Below, one piece after another: positions 29,542-39,988 of a stretch of DNA of 64,000 nt (the first letter of the stretch is position 1; the number at the start of each line of letters is the position of its first letter). Origin of the DNA: an uncultured Methanoregulaceae archaeon (GTDB lineage: Archaea; Halobacteriota; Methanomicrobia; Methanomicrobiales; Methanospirillaceae); the NCBI GenBank assembly GCA_963705255.1, contig OY970061.1, forward strand, positions 832,001 to 896,000, written 5' to 3'. Both the position numbers and the translations under genes were made by a program. The notes below the pieces were generated by a model, which saw nothing but the letters and a program-made list of their open reading frames with translations, did no database searches and was not told the DNA's origin.

Positions 29542-30320
29542 ACGATAGCCGGGGTCATCCCCTCCCGGCCGGCGGCCTGCCAAAACCGGCGCACACCTCT
29601 GTTCCACGCACGGCCTCTGCCGGATACCGCTCCGGGATCAAAACCGTTCCCGCCCTTCCCACGCACCGGCGGGTGAACGGGAAACGGGAACCGCTCATCG
29701 CAAAGGATGCATTATTTACGGTGTGGCGGGAGGGCGTATCTCATATTATTGCCGAGAACTATTCCTACAAGACCGAACCCTACTACTCGATTCTCCGGCA
29801 TGAACTTGACGGTAAGCCCGTACAGCCCGCGAGCTGCGCCGTGCTCGACGCCTGCGTTGTCCCCATCTGCCTGGAACGGGCACACCTTGCCGGCATTCCG
29901 GTCTGCGACTGGGCGATATCCCAGGGATATGCCCCGTTCCCGTCAATTCTGTACGGCCTGAACTACTTTGCCAATACTTCGGATTATTGCGTGGTCCGGG
30001 ACAACGAAGAGGCAAAAGACGTGATCAGGCATATCACCAACAGGGGAAAATACCCGTTCTGCTACCAGAAGCTGGACGATAGTGCAACGATACACTCCTG
30101 TATCTCGGTCTTCGGCAGGACTGCCGGAAAATGCGATGACGTGGCCCGGCTCGCCGAGAGAGTGTACGACCTCTTTGCCATCCCGCTGATCACCCTTGTG
30201 CTGGTGAACGATGGCGAGCGGTACCTCCTCTCCTCGCTTTCCTGGACGAGATACCCGCAGCTCTCCGGAGAAGAGCGTGCGCTCCTTTCCGCATACCTGG
30301 CACGGCAGGAATTCCTATGA
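29538..30320 (+). CDS. RimK-like ATP-grasp N-terminal (RLAN) domain protein
   Basis: NYSYKTEPYYSILRHE...VQP pattern; coupled to a RimK gene. Confidence 0.65.
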   Translation: MNDSRGHPLPAGGLPKPAHTSVPRTASAGYRSGIKTVPALPTHRRVNGKREPLIAKDALFTVWREGVSHIIAENYSYKTEPYYSILRHELDGKPVQPASCAVLDACVVPICLERAHLAGIPVCDWAISQGYAPFPSILYGLNYFANTSDYCVVRDNEEAKDVIRHITNRGKYPFCYQKLDDSATIHSCISVFGRTAGKCDDVARLAERVYDLFAIPLITLVLVNDGERYLLSSLSWTRYPQLSGEERALLSAYLARQEFL

Positions 30321-31189
30321 GCAGGCTCGGCATCTTTGTGGACCGGAAGACGATGTCGAACTCCGAGCAGCTCAACGCCCTGATCCACTGCCGGGACGTG
30401 GCAGAGGAGATGGGCCATGGCGTGGACTTCATCTTCCCGGTAGATATCGGCAAGATCACGAAGATGGACGCGCTCTTCATCCGCGCCCGGACCGACCCGA
30501 TGAATGTCACGTATGTTGCCGCGCGGATGGCGGCGTTTCACGGCATACCGGTCATTGACGACCCGCAGTCCATCCAGGTCTGTTCTGACAAGGTCAACAT
30601 GTACTCCCACCTGATCCGGAAGCAGGTCCCGCTGCCAGAGACGGTCTTCCTCTCAAAACGGGACCTGTCGGTGGAGTGCGTGACAAAACTCTTTGACGAG
30701 CTGGGTTCGCCGCTGATCCTCAAGGAACCTTCGACATCCTTCTCCCTGAGAGTGGAGAAGGTGAGCGACATTGCCGGATTTTTCCGCGTAGCCCGGCGGT
30801 TCATCCGGCTCTCGGACTGGATTGTCGTGCAGCAGTTTATCGAGAGCAGGTACGACTGGCGGATCGGGGTCCTCGACGGAAAACTCCTGTATGTCTGCAA
30901 GTATACCATCCCGTCCGTGACGTTCAAGATCCAGGCTTCGGTCAACGGGCACCTCGTCTATTGCGGGGTCGAGAGCGTTCCGGAACAGTCCGTGCCCCCG
31001 CATGTCGTCCGGCTGGGCATCGATGCGGCGAACGCGATCGGGCGTGGCCTGTACGGCGTGGACATAAAAAATACTAATGGCGACGCGTACGTTATTGAGG
31101 TGAACGACAACCCCTCGCTCGAAAGCGGGGAGGATACCTGTTACCCGCAGGTCTACGAACAGATCGTGACCCACCTTTTTGCGAAGTGA
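30317..31189 (+). CDS. RimK-family ATP-grasp ligase
   Basis: LFIRART, PVIDDP, QQFI, DWRIGVLDG, YGVDIK, VIEVNDNPS. Confidence 0.92.
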   Translation: MSRLGIFVDRKTMSNSEQLNALIHCRDVAEEMGHGVDFIFPVDIGKITKMDALFIRARTDPMNVTYVAARMAAFHGIPVIDDPQSIQVCSDKVNMYSHLIRKQVPLPETVFLSKRDLSVECVTKLFDELGSPLILKEPSTSFSLRVEKVSDIAGFFRVARRFIRLSDWIVVQQFIESRYDWRIGVLDGKLLYVCKYTIPSVTFKIQASVNGHLVYCGVESVPEQSVPPHVVRLGIDAANAIGRGLYGVDIKNTNGDAYVIEVNDNPSLESGEDTCYPQVYEQIVTHLFAK

Positions 31190-31198
31190 TCCCAAAAT

Positions 31199-31690
31199 AT
31201 GATCGAAGACCGGCTGATCCGTCCCGAAACCTGCTGCCTGCGCTGCGGGGGGCACTGCTGCGACGGCGCGCATCCCCCGATCTCTGAACCCTGTTACCGG
31301 AAGCTCATATCCGCGGGAGTCCCGGCAGACGCTTTCGAGCGGGACGGGTACCGCCGCCTGAAGACCCGCCCTGACGGCACCTGCGTCCAGTGGATCGATG
31401 GTAAATGTTCCATCCACGACATCAAACCGGAGACCTGCCGGGCAGGTCCCTTCACGTTTGACGTAGAAGGTGATGTCATCGGGATCTACCTGAAATACGA
31501 GAGCATCTGCCCTCTGGTCCGGCTCCTCAAAGACACCCCGGCAGCGTATGAGCAGCAGTACGAACGTGCGGTGAAGAGCATCACCCACCTTGTGGCACAC
31601 CTTTCGGAAGAAGAACTGGGGGCCATCTGCCGCATCGAGGAGCCGGAGACCGGGAAGGTGGGCGAGATCCCGCGGCAGTATAATCCATGA
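31199..31690 (+). CDS. YkgJ-family cysteine-cluster (Zn/Fe-S) protein
   Basis: CLRCGGHCC...C...CSIHDIKPETCRAGPF. Confidence 0.85.
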   Translation: MIEDRLIRPETCCLRCGGHCCDGAHPPISEPCYRKLISAGVPADAFERDGYRRLKTRPDGTCVQWIDGKCSIHDIKPETCRAGPFTFDVEGDVIGIYLKYESICPLVRLLKDTPAAYEQQYERAVKSITHLVAHLSEEELGAICRIEEPETGKVGEIPRQYNP

Positions 31691-32835
31691 CCATCGGCAC
31701 TGAGCACGAGTTCTCCATCAACGACCCGCAGTTCGACGTCTGTCCGGTATCTGACGAGATCCTCAGGACGGTCTGCGGCAGGTACGAGAGCGAGATCCTG
31801 TTCGGGGATGTGAAGCTGGGAAAGGAACTCCAGAAGACCGTCCTGGAGATCGTCCCCCGGAGACCGGCTGACGAGCTTGCACACCTGGAAACCCAGCTCA
31901 CGAGCGGCATCAGGAAATTCTACCACATCTTTTCCGGGAGATATCACCTCCTCGGCCTCGGGATGCACCCTACAGCCCGCCTCCACGAGATCCCCGTCTG
32001 GGACCATGACGAAGGTGAGTATTACGAGGCATACGACCGGCTCTTCAATATCCGGCAGCACGGCTGGCTGAATATCCAGGCGCTGCAGATCAACCTTTCG
32101 TACTCCGGGGAGAGAGAACTCGTTTCGACCTATAACAAGGTCCGCGCCCTGCTGCCCTATCTCGTCGCGGTCACCGCTTCATCGCCGCTCGTTGAAGGAG
32201 AACTGACCGGGACCTGCGACACCCGGCTGGTCTGCTACCGGGATAACCAGAAGGAGATACCGCTGATCTGCAACCACGTAGTCCCACCCCCGATCCGGAG
32301 CGTGAAGGATTACCAGGCCGTGCAGGACGGTATCTTTTCCGCGCTCCATGACCGCGGCGCCGATATTCTCTGCGAGGAATGGGTGAACTCGGGCGGGCTC
32401 ATCATACGGTTCTCGCGGAGGTGCCTCGAGATCAAGGCGCTCGATGAACAGGAGTCCATCCGCTCGGACATGGCGGTCTGCGCATTTGTCCGCGCCCTGC
32501 TCCGCTGCCGCTCCCTGCCGGTAGAGACCGGCCAAGATGCCCTGCTGGGTCTCCTGGAGGAGGCCATCCGGGACGGCACTGCCGCGTTCAGGCCTGAACT
32601 CGAACGGCTGTACACTGCCGCCTGGCGCCATGCCACGGAGGATGAACGGCTCTACCTTCCGGTGATACGGGAGCGGATCCTCAGGGGAAGCCTTGCTGAA
32701 CTCATCCGCGACCGGTTCCGGCGCGACCATGCAATCTCCCCCCTACTTGCGGAGATGGCGGAGTGCCTGAAAACCAACCGCCCGTACTCGTCCGGCAAAA
32801 CCCCGTTCTCCGGTCCCAGCCACGATCAGCATTAA
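31687..32835 (+). CDS. Glutamate-cysteine ligase family 2 (GCS2) carboxylate-amine ligase
   Basis: GTEHEF, GMHP, QALQINL, ASSPLVEG, EIKALDEQE. Confidence 0.85.
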   Translation: MTIGTEHEFSINDPQFDVCPVSDEILRTVCGRYESEILFGDVKLGKELQKTVLEIVPRRPADELAHLETQLTSGIRKFYHIFSGRYHLLGLGMHPTARLHEIPVWDHDEGEYYEAYDRLFNIRQHGWLNIQALQINLSYSGERELVSTYNKVRALLPYLVAVTASSPLVEGELTGTCDTRLVCYRDNQKEIPLICNHVVPPPIRSVKDYQAVQDGIFSALHDRGADILCEEWVNSGGLIIRFSRRCLEIKALDEQESIRSDMAVCAFVRALLRCRSLPVETGQDALLGLLEEAIRDGTAAFRPELERLYTAAWRHATEDERLYLPVIRERILRGSLAELIRDRFRRDHAISPLLAEMAECLKTNRPYSSGKTPFSGPSHDQH

Positions 32836-32866
32836 GACCGGGGAGGACAACCCTACATCAGGATCG

Positions 32867-34945
32867 ATGCCGATGACACGGATCTTACTCTCTGAAGCCG
32901 AGGGCTATATGCTGCTGAAATCCGCGGGCATTCCCGTGCCGCTCTTCTCGGTTGCAGAGACCCCGGAGGATGCAGCCAAGATGGCAGATTCCACCGGGTA
33001 CCCGGTCGTCCTGAAGGTGATCTCGCGGGAGATCGTCCACAAAAGCGATGCCGGCGGGGTCGTCACCGGTATACGGTCGGCTGATGAGGCCCGGACGAGC
33101 TTTGACCGGATCACCCGCTCGGTGCTGGCATATAAACCGGGTGCGGCGATCGACGGGGTCATGGTAGAGCAGCAGCTCATGCCGGGGCTGGAGCTCATCG
33201 TGGGCGGGAAGACCGACCCGACGTTCGGAAAGATCATCACGATCGGGAGCGGGGGAAAACTGGTAGAGTTGCTCCACGATGTCTCTCTCAGGGTTCTTCC
33301 GGTCGATGAGACTGAGATCCGCCTGATGGTCAGGGAACTCCGCAGTTACCCGCTGATCACCGGTTTCCGCCACGAGCCGCCGAGGGATGAAGAGGCGTTC
33401 GTCCGGATGATCGGTGCGGTGTGCCGGATGTTCCTCTCCGATCCCCGTATCGTGGAGTTCGACATCAACCCCCTTATCCTGTACGAAAACGGGGGTTGCG
33501 CCGTTGATGCACGGTTCTATACCGATGACGCGGCGGCGCCAGTACTGCAACTGGAGCCGGTACGCGAGGTGCCGGAAGAACTCTTCCATATCCGTTCCAT
33601 CGCCGTTGTCGGGGCATCGCAGGACCCCAACAAGGTGGGGTACGCGATCTGCCGGAACCTGCTCACCTTCCCGGGGACACTCTACCCGGTCAACCCGAAA
33701 GCCTCCACGATCCTCGGGCGGACTGCGTACCCTTCGCTCTCCGTGATCCCGGACAACGTCGATCTGGCTGTTGTGGCGATCCCGGCAGCCGGCGTCCCCC
33801 GCATTGTCGAAGAAGCGGGAACAAAAGGGGTCCCCCTTGTCATCGTCATATCCTCCGGGTTCCGGGAGGGGAGTGCGGCGGGAAAAGAGCTTGAGGATCA
33901 GATCGTCTCGACAGCAGGACGGTTCGGGATCCGGATCATGGGGCCCAACTGCCTCGGGCTCATGCTCCCCTACCAGGGGATCAATACAACCTTCGACCCG
34001 GTCTCACCCAAGCCCGGCAACATCTCATTCATATCCCAGAGCGGGGCTATCATAACGACCATTGTCGACTGGAGCCTCCCTGAGGAGATCGGGTTCTCCT
34101 CGGTGATCAGTGTCGGCAACCAGGCAGACCTGACCTTCGAGGACTTCATCCGCTTTGCGGGCAATGACCCCGGCACCCGGGCAATCATCCTCTATATCGA
34201 GCAGATCAAATATGGAAAACGGTTCATGGATTCCGTGCGCCGCGTGGCCCTGACGAAGCCGGTCGTGGCCATCAAGTCCGGGTCCTCGCGCATCGGCCAG
34301 AAGGCTGCATCCTCGCATACCGGCTCGCTTGCGGGCAGCTATGACGTCTATATGGCAGCATTCCACCAGGCCGGTGTCATCCCGGTCGACTCCATCCACG
34401 AGGCATTCCAGACCGCCGAACTCCTGGCATCCGAGGGTTACCCGAAAGGGACCCGGGCAGTCGTGATAACCAATGCAGGAGGGTTCGCCGTCCTTTCTTC
34501 GGATTATGCCGAGAAATTCGGGATTGAACTGGTCAGATTTTCACCGGACCTTATCGATGCCCTGAATGCCGTGCTGCCGCCCGACTGGAGCCGGGAGAAC
34601 CCGATCGACATGGTGGGGGACTCGAGCGCGGACCGCTTCGCCCGCACCTTCGATATCATGATCAGAAACCAGGACCTCTGGGACATCGCGTTTGTCATCG
34701 CGGTCCCGTCAGCGATATCTGACCCTATCCGGGTGGCAAACGAGATCGTGCGGTTCTCAAAGAACACCCATAAGATGATCGTGGGCTGCATGATCGGCGG
34801 GGACAGCATGAAGACCCCCCTCCGCATCCTCCGGGATGCCCAGATCCCCAACTTCCCGGACCTGATGGATGCATTCAGGGCAGTGGGGAACATCTGCCGG
34901 CACCGCTGCAGTTCCGGTATGCCGGAGTGCCGCCACGGCTCATAA
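32867..34945 (+). CDS. ADP-forming acyl-CoA synthetase (fused beta-alpha)
   Basis: HKSDAGGV, DINPL, GPNCLG, SQSGA, SHTGSLAG, NPIDM. Confidence 0.92.
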   Translation: MPMTRILLSEAEGYMLLKSAGIPVPLFSVAETPEDAAKMADSTGYPVVLKVISREIVHKSDAGGVVTGIRSADEARTSFDRITRSVLAYKPGAAIDGVMVEQQLMPGLELIVGGKTDPTFGKIITIGSGGKLVELLHDVSLRVLPVDETEIRLMVRELRSYPLITGFRHEPPRDEEAFVRMIGAVCRMFLSDPRIVEFDINPLILYENGGCAVDARFYTDDAAAPVLQLEPVREVPEELFHIRSIAVVGASQDPNKVGYAICRNLLTFPGTLYPVNPKASTILGRTAYPSLSVIPDNVDLAVVAIPAAGVPRIVEEAGTKGVPLVIVISSGFREGSAAGKELEDQIVSTAGRFGIRIMGPNCLGLMLPYQGINTTFDPVSPKPGNISFISQSGAIITTIVDWSLPEEIGFSSVISVGNQADLTFEDFIRFAGNDPGTRAIILYIEQIKYGKRFMDSVRRVALTKPVVAIKSGSSRIGQKAASSHTGSLAGSYDVYMAAFHQAGVIPVDSIHEAFQTAELLASEGYPKGTRAVVITNAGGFAVLSSDYAEKFGIELVRFSPDLIDALNAVLPPDWSRENPIDMVGDSSADRFARTFDIMIRNQDLWDIAFVIAVPSAISDPIRVANEIVRFSKNTHKMIVGCMIGGDSMKTPLRILRDAQIPNFPDLMDAFRAVGNICRHRCSSGMPECRHGS

Positions 34946-35013
34946 AACCTGATACAAGTGTACGGTAGAAATCCTGTCATTGCCCATTGTTTTTGTAAAA
35001 CTGAAAAGGCAGT

Positions 35014-35520
35014 GAGGGTGACCCCCTCTCTCAAATCGAAGAACACTCCGGGTTCGATCGAAGACCTGCGGTCTTCTCCTGTCTCAAGTCTGATGACTTT
35101 CGACAAGAGGGATTTTTCAAAATCCCTCTGCTCCATCCTTCAAGGATGAAGCATTCTCCAGCCCGCTCTTTCCTTCGGGAATCTGAAATGTTCGTCAGAA
35201 CATTGAAGATGAGAAGAACTCGTCAGAATTCTTCGAACAGCAGTCTCCCCGGAGGGGGAGGCAGCGAAGATGCGGATGCATCTTCTCGATTTCGTAGTCT
35301 GCTGACTACTCAATCATCCCAAGGGGTGCATCCCCTTGACCCCCGGTAAAATCCTCCCGTTCCATCGGGAACTCCTTTCTAACCTTCTGAGTGACTATCA
35401 CGTTATGGGGGATGCCCCAGCGGCGGGGGCGGAGTCTGAAGGGTCCATCAGGACCCTGAAGACGAGAAGAACTCGCCAGAGTTCTTCGAGGCAACGATTG
35501 CCGTAGCCCCCGAGAGCGTG
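35014..35520 (-). repeat. Composite repeat (families A + C) with at least six nested mini-elements
   Basis: Same scaffold as 22870-23335 plus extra inserts at 35106-35153, 35182-35237 and 35264-35316. Confidence 0.85.
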
Positions 35521-35542
35521 CGATGATCTTACCAGAGCCGGT

Positions 35543-37222
35543 TCAGAGCGTTATCTTCTTGAGGATCCGGCCGTCCCGGAAGACCGTGATCCCCCCGCCG
35601 CTCTGCGAGACGACAATCCCGACCGCTTTTGTTACGGCCGTGATGGCCGCAACGGAGTTGTGGCGGGTGCCCATGCCCGGGGGAAGGGAGACACCGCTGG
35701 TATCGACGGTGATATAGCGCCCGACCGCCTCGACAAAACCGTCACCGGTGATGACAAACGCACCGTCGAGCTGGGCAAGTGCCTTGATGTTTTCCTTGAG
35801 CTCGGGATTGGTGATGACCCGCAGTTCGGGGCGGTGCCCCTCGAACGGGTTGAGGATGATCTGGCGCGATTTTTCGAGAACGCTCGCGGTATCACCGATA
35901 AGAAAGGTGGTGCCGACCGGCTTTCCTTCTCTCCCTTCGATAGAGATCTCGGTGCAGATGTGGAACACCGCATCGAAGATGTCCTCCCGGATATCGGTAT
36001 CGCCAACCACGAGGTCTTTCCAGGAATCGGTACTGATGCGCACCTGCCCGCTCCGCTTCCTGTCCGTGATGTCATTCCCGATGCAGAGGATCTCGGTTAT
36101 CCGGCCCTGCCCGTCGCGGATAGCCTTGTTTATCCATGCGATCCAGACCCGGTCGCCGTTGCGGCGGACGTTCTCGTTCACATTGACCGCATATCCCTCC
36201 GCATTGAACCCCAGGTCGTTGGCCATCATCGAGAGGTCGTGCTGGACCCGGGATTTCTGGGGAACGATGGTGCCGACAACATTCCTGCCAATCACTTCAT
36301 CGCTGGTATAGTCGAAGAAGGTGAGAGCGTAGAGGTTGAAAAACGTGATAGTGCCCTGCGTGTCCATCCGGATGATGATACTCTGCGTGTTCTGGAGCAC
36401 GTCCCGGTATTTCGCCTCGCTCTCCTTGAGGGCGTCGGTAATTTTCTGTTTTTCCGTGATATCGGTTGCGATAAATGTCCCGCCTCTGGTGGTATCCCGG
36501 GAGTCGAGAGGGTTTGCCTGCAGGTGAACGGGAAGAAAGGATCCGTCTTTTTTCAGGAGCCGGCACTCCGAGTACCCGAGCCCGCGGGAGTCGTGCCGGA
36601 TCAAAAATTCACGGCAGACCTGGTCGTATTCCTCGGGCGTCCTGAAAAGAGATCTCACCTCTTTTCCGATGAGGGAGGATTCTTCGAATCCGAGCATGGA
36701 ACCAAACGGGCGGTTCACCCATTCGACGAGGCCGTTCCGGACCTGGAATATCCCGAGGGGGGTTGCAGAGAGGATAGTAGCGAGCTGCTCGTTCTGGATC
36801 TTGAGCTCCCGTTCAGCCTTCTTCCGGAGCGTGGTCTGTTTGATCAGGCTGACGATCTCAACGAGGTACTGGCGGGGATCCCCGCTTTTAGGCAGGGTGA
36901 TCTCCAGGCCGTTATAGACTTCCTGCATGGCGACCTTATTTCCACCCCGTCTGCCGAGGAGGAGGACCGGCGTGGTATTTCCCTGTGACTTGAGGTATTT
37001 CAGAAATTCGATCCCGTTCATGTCCGAGACGAACTCAATGCCGTTCACCTCGGGTACCTGCTCGTAGGAGACGATGACATCAAACGTCCGCCCTTTGAGC
37101 TTTTCCATGGCATGTTTGATGGAATGGACGGATTCGACCCGCATCTCGCCGGTCTTCTCGAGAAATGTGCGGATTTGTACAAGGAGATCCGTATTGTCAT
37201 CCACAAACAAAACAGAGATCAT
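35543..37222 (-). CDS. Diadenylate cyclase with N-terminal REC and two PAS domains
   Basis: REC (VLFVDD), two PAS/PAC (DITE, DITD), DAC motifs EGREGK, LDGAFVI, GTRH, VVSQSGG. Confidence 0.88.
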   Translation of the reverse strand: MISVLFVDDNTDLLVQIRTFLEKTGEMRVESVHSIKHAMEKLKGRTFDVIVSYEQVPEVNGIEFVSDMNGIEFLKYLKSQGNTTPVLLLGRRGGNKVAMQEVYNGLEITLPKSGDPRQYLVEIVSLIKQTTLRKKAERELKIQNEQLATILSATPLGIFQVRNGLVEWVNRPFGSMLGFEESSLIGKEVRSLFRTPEEYDQVCREFLIRHDSRGLGYSECRLLKKDGSFLPVHLQANPLDSRDTTRGGTFIATDITEKQKITDALKESEAKYRDVLQNTQSIIIRMDTQGTITFFNLYALTFFDYTSDEVIGRNVVGTIVPQKSRVQHDLSMMANDLGFNAEGYAVNVNENVRRNGDRVWIAWINKAIRDGQGRITEILCIGNDITDRKRSGQVRISTDSWKDLVVGDTDIREDIFDAVFHICTEISIEGREGKPVGTTFLIGDTASVLEKSRQIILNPFEGHRPELRVITNPELKENIKALAQLDGAFVITGDGFVEAVGRYITVDTSGVSLPPGMGTRHNSVAAITAVTKAVGIVVSQSGGGITVFRDGRILKKITL

Positions 37223-37480
37223 GGTGCATCTCCTGAAAATCGCGCGAAATTCACTGTTATGAGGTGGATTGTTGAGCGATAAATAGTTGTTGAGATTGGG
37301 GACCTGCCGGGCAGGGAAAACCCGGGAATTGCCATGATGTCAGGAGGTGTGATGATTCCCGGAGCAGGATGAGCGGGCCGGCCCCATCCTCGGTTCCGGT
37401 ACCGGGTGAGTTATTTTCAAAAGAATCCCGGAAGAATATCAAAAAACTGTTCGATAGAAATCCTCAGAGAAACATGCAGT

Positions 37481-37647
37481 CGCTCTTGGGGGCTCCAGCA
37501 TTTTATGCTTCTGCCTCCGCCGCTCGGGCATCCCCCATATCAGGATAGTTCTTCAGAAGGTTGATGAAAAAACCCGAAAAAACGGGGGTCAAGGGGATGC
37601 TCCCCTTGGGATGCCTCCCCCTCTGGGGGAGAGAGGGGGTCATCCTC
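37481..37647 (+). repeat. Uninterrupted copy of repeat families C + A
   Basis: cgctcttgggggc...cagaaggtt followed by gggggtcaaggggatgctccccttggg...gagagggggtcatcctc. Confidence 0.8.
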
Positions 37648-37714
37648 CTATTCGCAGCGGAGTATAGGCAAATGATCCGAAAAATAGGGTTTCAACAAAG
37701 CCAAAAAACCGGTC

Positions 37715-38059
37715 TTATTCTTCCGTGTGCTCGACAATTGCCAGCTGGTACATCCAGTCCATGAGCGGGTGGCATTCCTCAACGATACACTCAAGCTCGC
37801 ATCCGATACACGGTATCAGTTCGTCACCTGCGAGCAAATCGCAGGGATTGACCGGCATCTGTCTGGCCCGGAGGAGATAGGTCTTGATCCCCTCTTTCCG
37901 GAATTCGACCCGTTCAATGAGACCGTTCTCTTCCAGCTTCTTGACGATCCGGGAACATTTGCGGCTGTCTACACCCAGCTCCTTCCAGAGTTCACTCTGA
38001 AGCACTCCTTCCGGGCGTGATTGTATCAGCTTCAGTCCATCATCCACAGGATCTCCCAC
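37715..38059 (-). CDS. TFE-beta/RPC34-like wHTH protein with C-terminal Cys cluster
   Basis: QSELWKELGVDSRKCSRIVKKLEENGLI; PCIGCELECIVEEC...W; next to an Sm gene. Confidence 0.7.
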   Translation of the reverse strand: MGDPVDDGLKLIQSRPEGVLQSELWKELGVDSRKCSRIVKKLEENGLIERVEFRKEGIKTYLLRARQMPVNPCDLLAGDELIPCIGCELECIVEECHPLMDWMYQLAIVEHTEE

Positions 38060-38079
38060 GAGAGTCCACCCCCACCCGC

Positions 38080-38316
38080 TCAGATTACCGGCGCAATAGT
38101 CAGGATATTATTGCCCCGGATTACGACCGTACCGAGGCTTCTTCCCCGCTGGTTGTCCACAAACTCGATAGTCTCTTCCATGTGGATGTTCAGATATTCA
38201 TCCACCGCGATGAGGCGCCCCTGCAGTTTCCGTCTCTCATCCTTTATCTCGACCGATATTTTGGAATCAACAAGCGCAAACACTTTTTTTATTGGCAAAA
38301 CAATTCCGTTAACCAT
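38080..38316 (-). CDS. Sm-like (Lsm/SmAP) RNA-binding protein
   Basis: GRLIAVDEYLN...VIRGNNI. Confidence 0.93.
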   Translation of the reverse strand: MVNGIVLPIKKVFALVDSKISVEIKDERRKLQGRLIAVDEYLNIHMEETIEFVDNQRGRSLGTVVIRGNNILTIAPVI

Positions 38317-38477
38317 CTGCCCTAATTTGGGATGTAAGATAATTAAAGTTTGCCCATTCGGGTATTACAGGCTCAGGACCGGCGGGTCTGGTGGGAAAAA
38401 AGACCCCACTTTAGAAACAGAATGAATCAACTCCGTTGATATGCAACTATGAAAATTCGTAAGAGTTCTTTACTTGG

Positions 38478-38700
38478 GAGGGTTCCCCGCCTCAGGGCCT
38501 CTCCGAGGCACGGCGGGGAAGGAGCATTTTAATTTGCGTGTCTGGTCACGGATCCGCCGCGGGGGCGTGTCGAAAATTCTTAAAAGAATTTTCTTCAGCC
38601 AGCCCTCGCCATCTGGTGACGGCTGGCTCCCCGTTGGGGACAGCCGAAGGCTGTGGAGAAGATTTTCGCCAGAAAATCTTCGACTGCGGCGGCGTTCATC
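38478..38700. repeat. Repeat family B copy with mini-element inserts
   Basis: Shares scaffold and the tcgaaaattct...aaaatcttcgact insert with 46705-47030. Confidence 0.8.
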
Positions 38701-38836
38701 ATGAGGAAATACGCATGCAGGCAATATCCGTATCAACACAAACGACAGGAATGCCTTCAGAGGATCCGCACAACCTCATTCGGCATTATATCACACCTGA
38801 TGCTGAAAACAAAATTTTCGATTGAGCAAAAAAAGA

Positions 38837-39934
38837 TTATTCCGGTATGGGTTCCCAGCGGCTGCGGAACTGCTTCTCGATCCCCGGCAGGGTCGTGTAT
38901 TCCATCTCTTCGAGCGAGAGGCGGTGCGGTTCGAACGGCCCCTGGTCCCGGATGACATCGGCAAGCTCGTTGCAGCGTTCGCGCACACGGTCGAACCCGA
39001 CATCATCAAACATGTCCGCCGGCCCGATCAGTTTCCCGTTGCAGACCTGGAACCCGAGGCAGATTGCCCTCGGAGGGCCGTCAAACCGGGTCATGTTTGC
39101 ATCGCACACGCCGACCGGCATGAATGGGCCGTGATGCGATCCCCTCATCCACCCGGCAACGATGATCGGCGTGCAGAAGGGTTCGATAACTTCCCCAACC
39201 GAGGGGAGCCCGCTCTGAGCCCGGACGATCATGACCGGGTCGTCTTTCCCGACATACCTTCCGGCCATGATGTTCAGCCGCTGGGTACTGGTCGAGGTCG
39301 CGATAATCCCGTCTTTCCGCCACACGTACTTGATCACGTACCGCGAACAGGCGCCGATATAGGAGAGAAGGGTATACGTCTCCTCCGGGGTCTTGAACGT
39401 GATGCGGCGCTTGTTGATGACATCGTGTACCTCGAAGATGAACCCGGTGTGCATGCTCGGATCGATGACCAGCCCGGCGGTATTGAACGGATCGGCAAAG
39501 ATCTTGTACAGGAAGAAGTTCCAGGCACCGGGCTCGGTCTTGTCGGCCATGAAGATGAGCACCGGGTCGCTCCCCCGCTCCTCGAACTCCATCTCGGCGA
39601 CCCCGGGGCCCATCCCCTTCACATTCCCGCTGAACGCATCGGCCAGCAGGTCCTGGCCCGCACCATAGAGTTTCATCGATTTGGCTATCTTGGTGCACTC
39701 GAGAAAGACGTCCCAGGCAAGCTTGTGGACCTCTTCGTTGTCCTCGCCCCGGGTGTGGGTCATGATCAGTTCAAGGTCGTCACCGCAGTGCGTGACGAAT
39801 GAGTCGATCAGGAGTTTCCCTTCCTGGTCCTTGAGCATCTTTGCGGCCTTCTCCAGGAGCTTGGGGTGGGTGCGGGAGTGACCCGGAAAACTGCCCACAT
39901 CCGCTTTAATGACGGAAATCGTGGTTTTCGGCAT
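38837..39934 (-). CDS. fbp: Bifunctional FBP aldolase/phosphatase (class V FBPase)
   Basis: IKADVG, GDDLEL, YGAGQDLL, DKTEPGAW, YVGKDDP, FDGPP. Confidence 0.96.
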   Translation of the reverse strand: MPKTTISVIKADVGSFPGHSRTHPKLLEKAAKMLKDQEGKLLIDSFVTHCGDDLELIMTHTRGEDNEEVHKLAWDVFLECTKIAKSMKLYGAGQDLLADAFSGNVKGMGPGVAEMEFEERGSDPVLIFMADKTEPGAWNFFLYKIFADPFNTAGLVIDPSMHTGFIFEVHDVINKRRITFKTPEETYTLLSYIGACSRYVIKYVWRKDGIIATSTSTQRLNIMAGRYVGKDDPVMIVRAQSGLPSVGEVIEPFCTPIIVAGWMRGSHHGPFMPVGVCDANMTRFDGPPRAICLGFQVCNGKLIGPADMFDDVGFDRVRERCNELADVIRDQGPFEPHRLSLEEMEYTTLPGIEKQFRSRWEPIPE

Positions 39935-39988
39935 GAGACTTCACAGTAAGAAATCGTCCCGTGGTTAAAAAATAGTTTGGTGGTTTAT

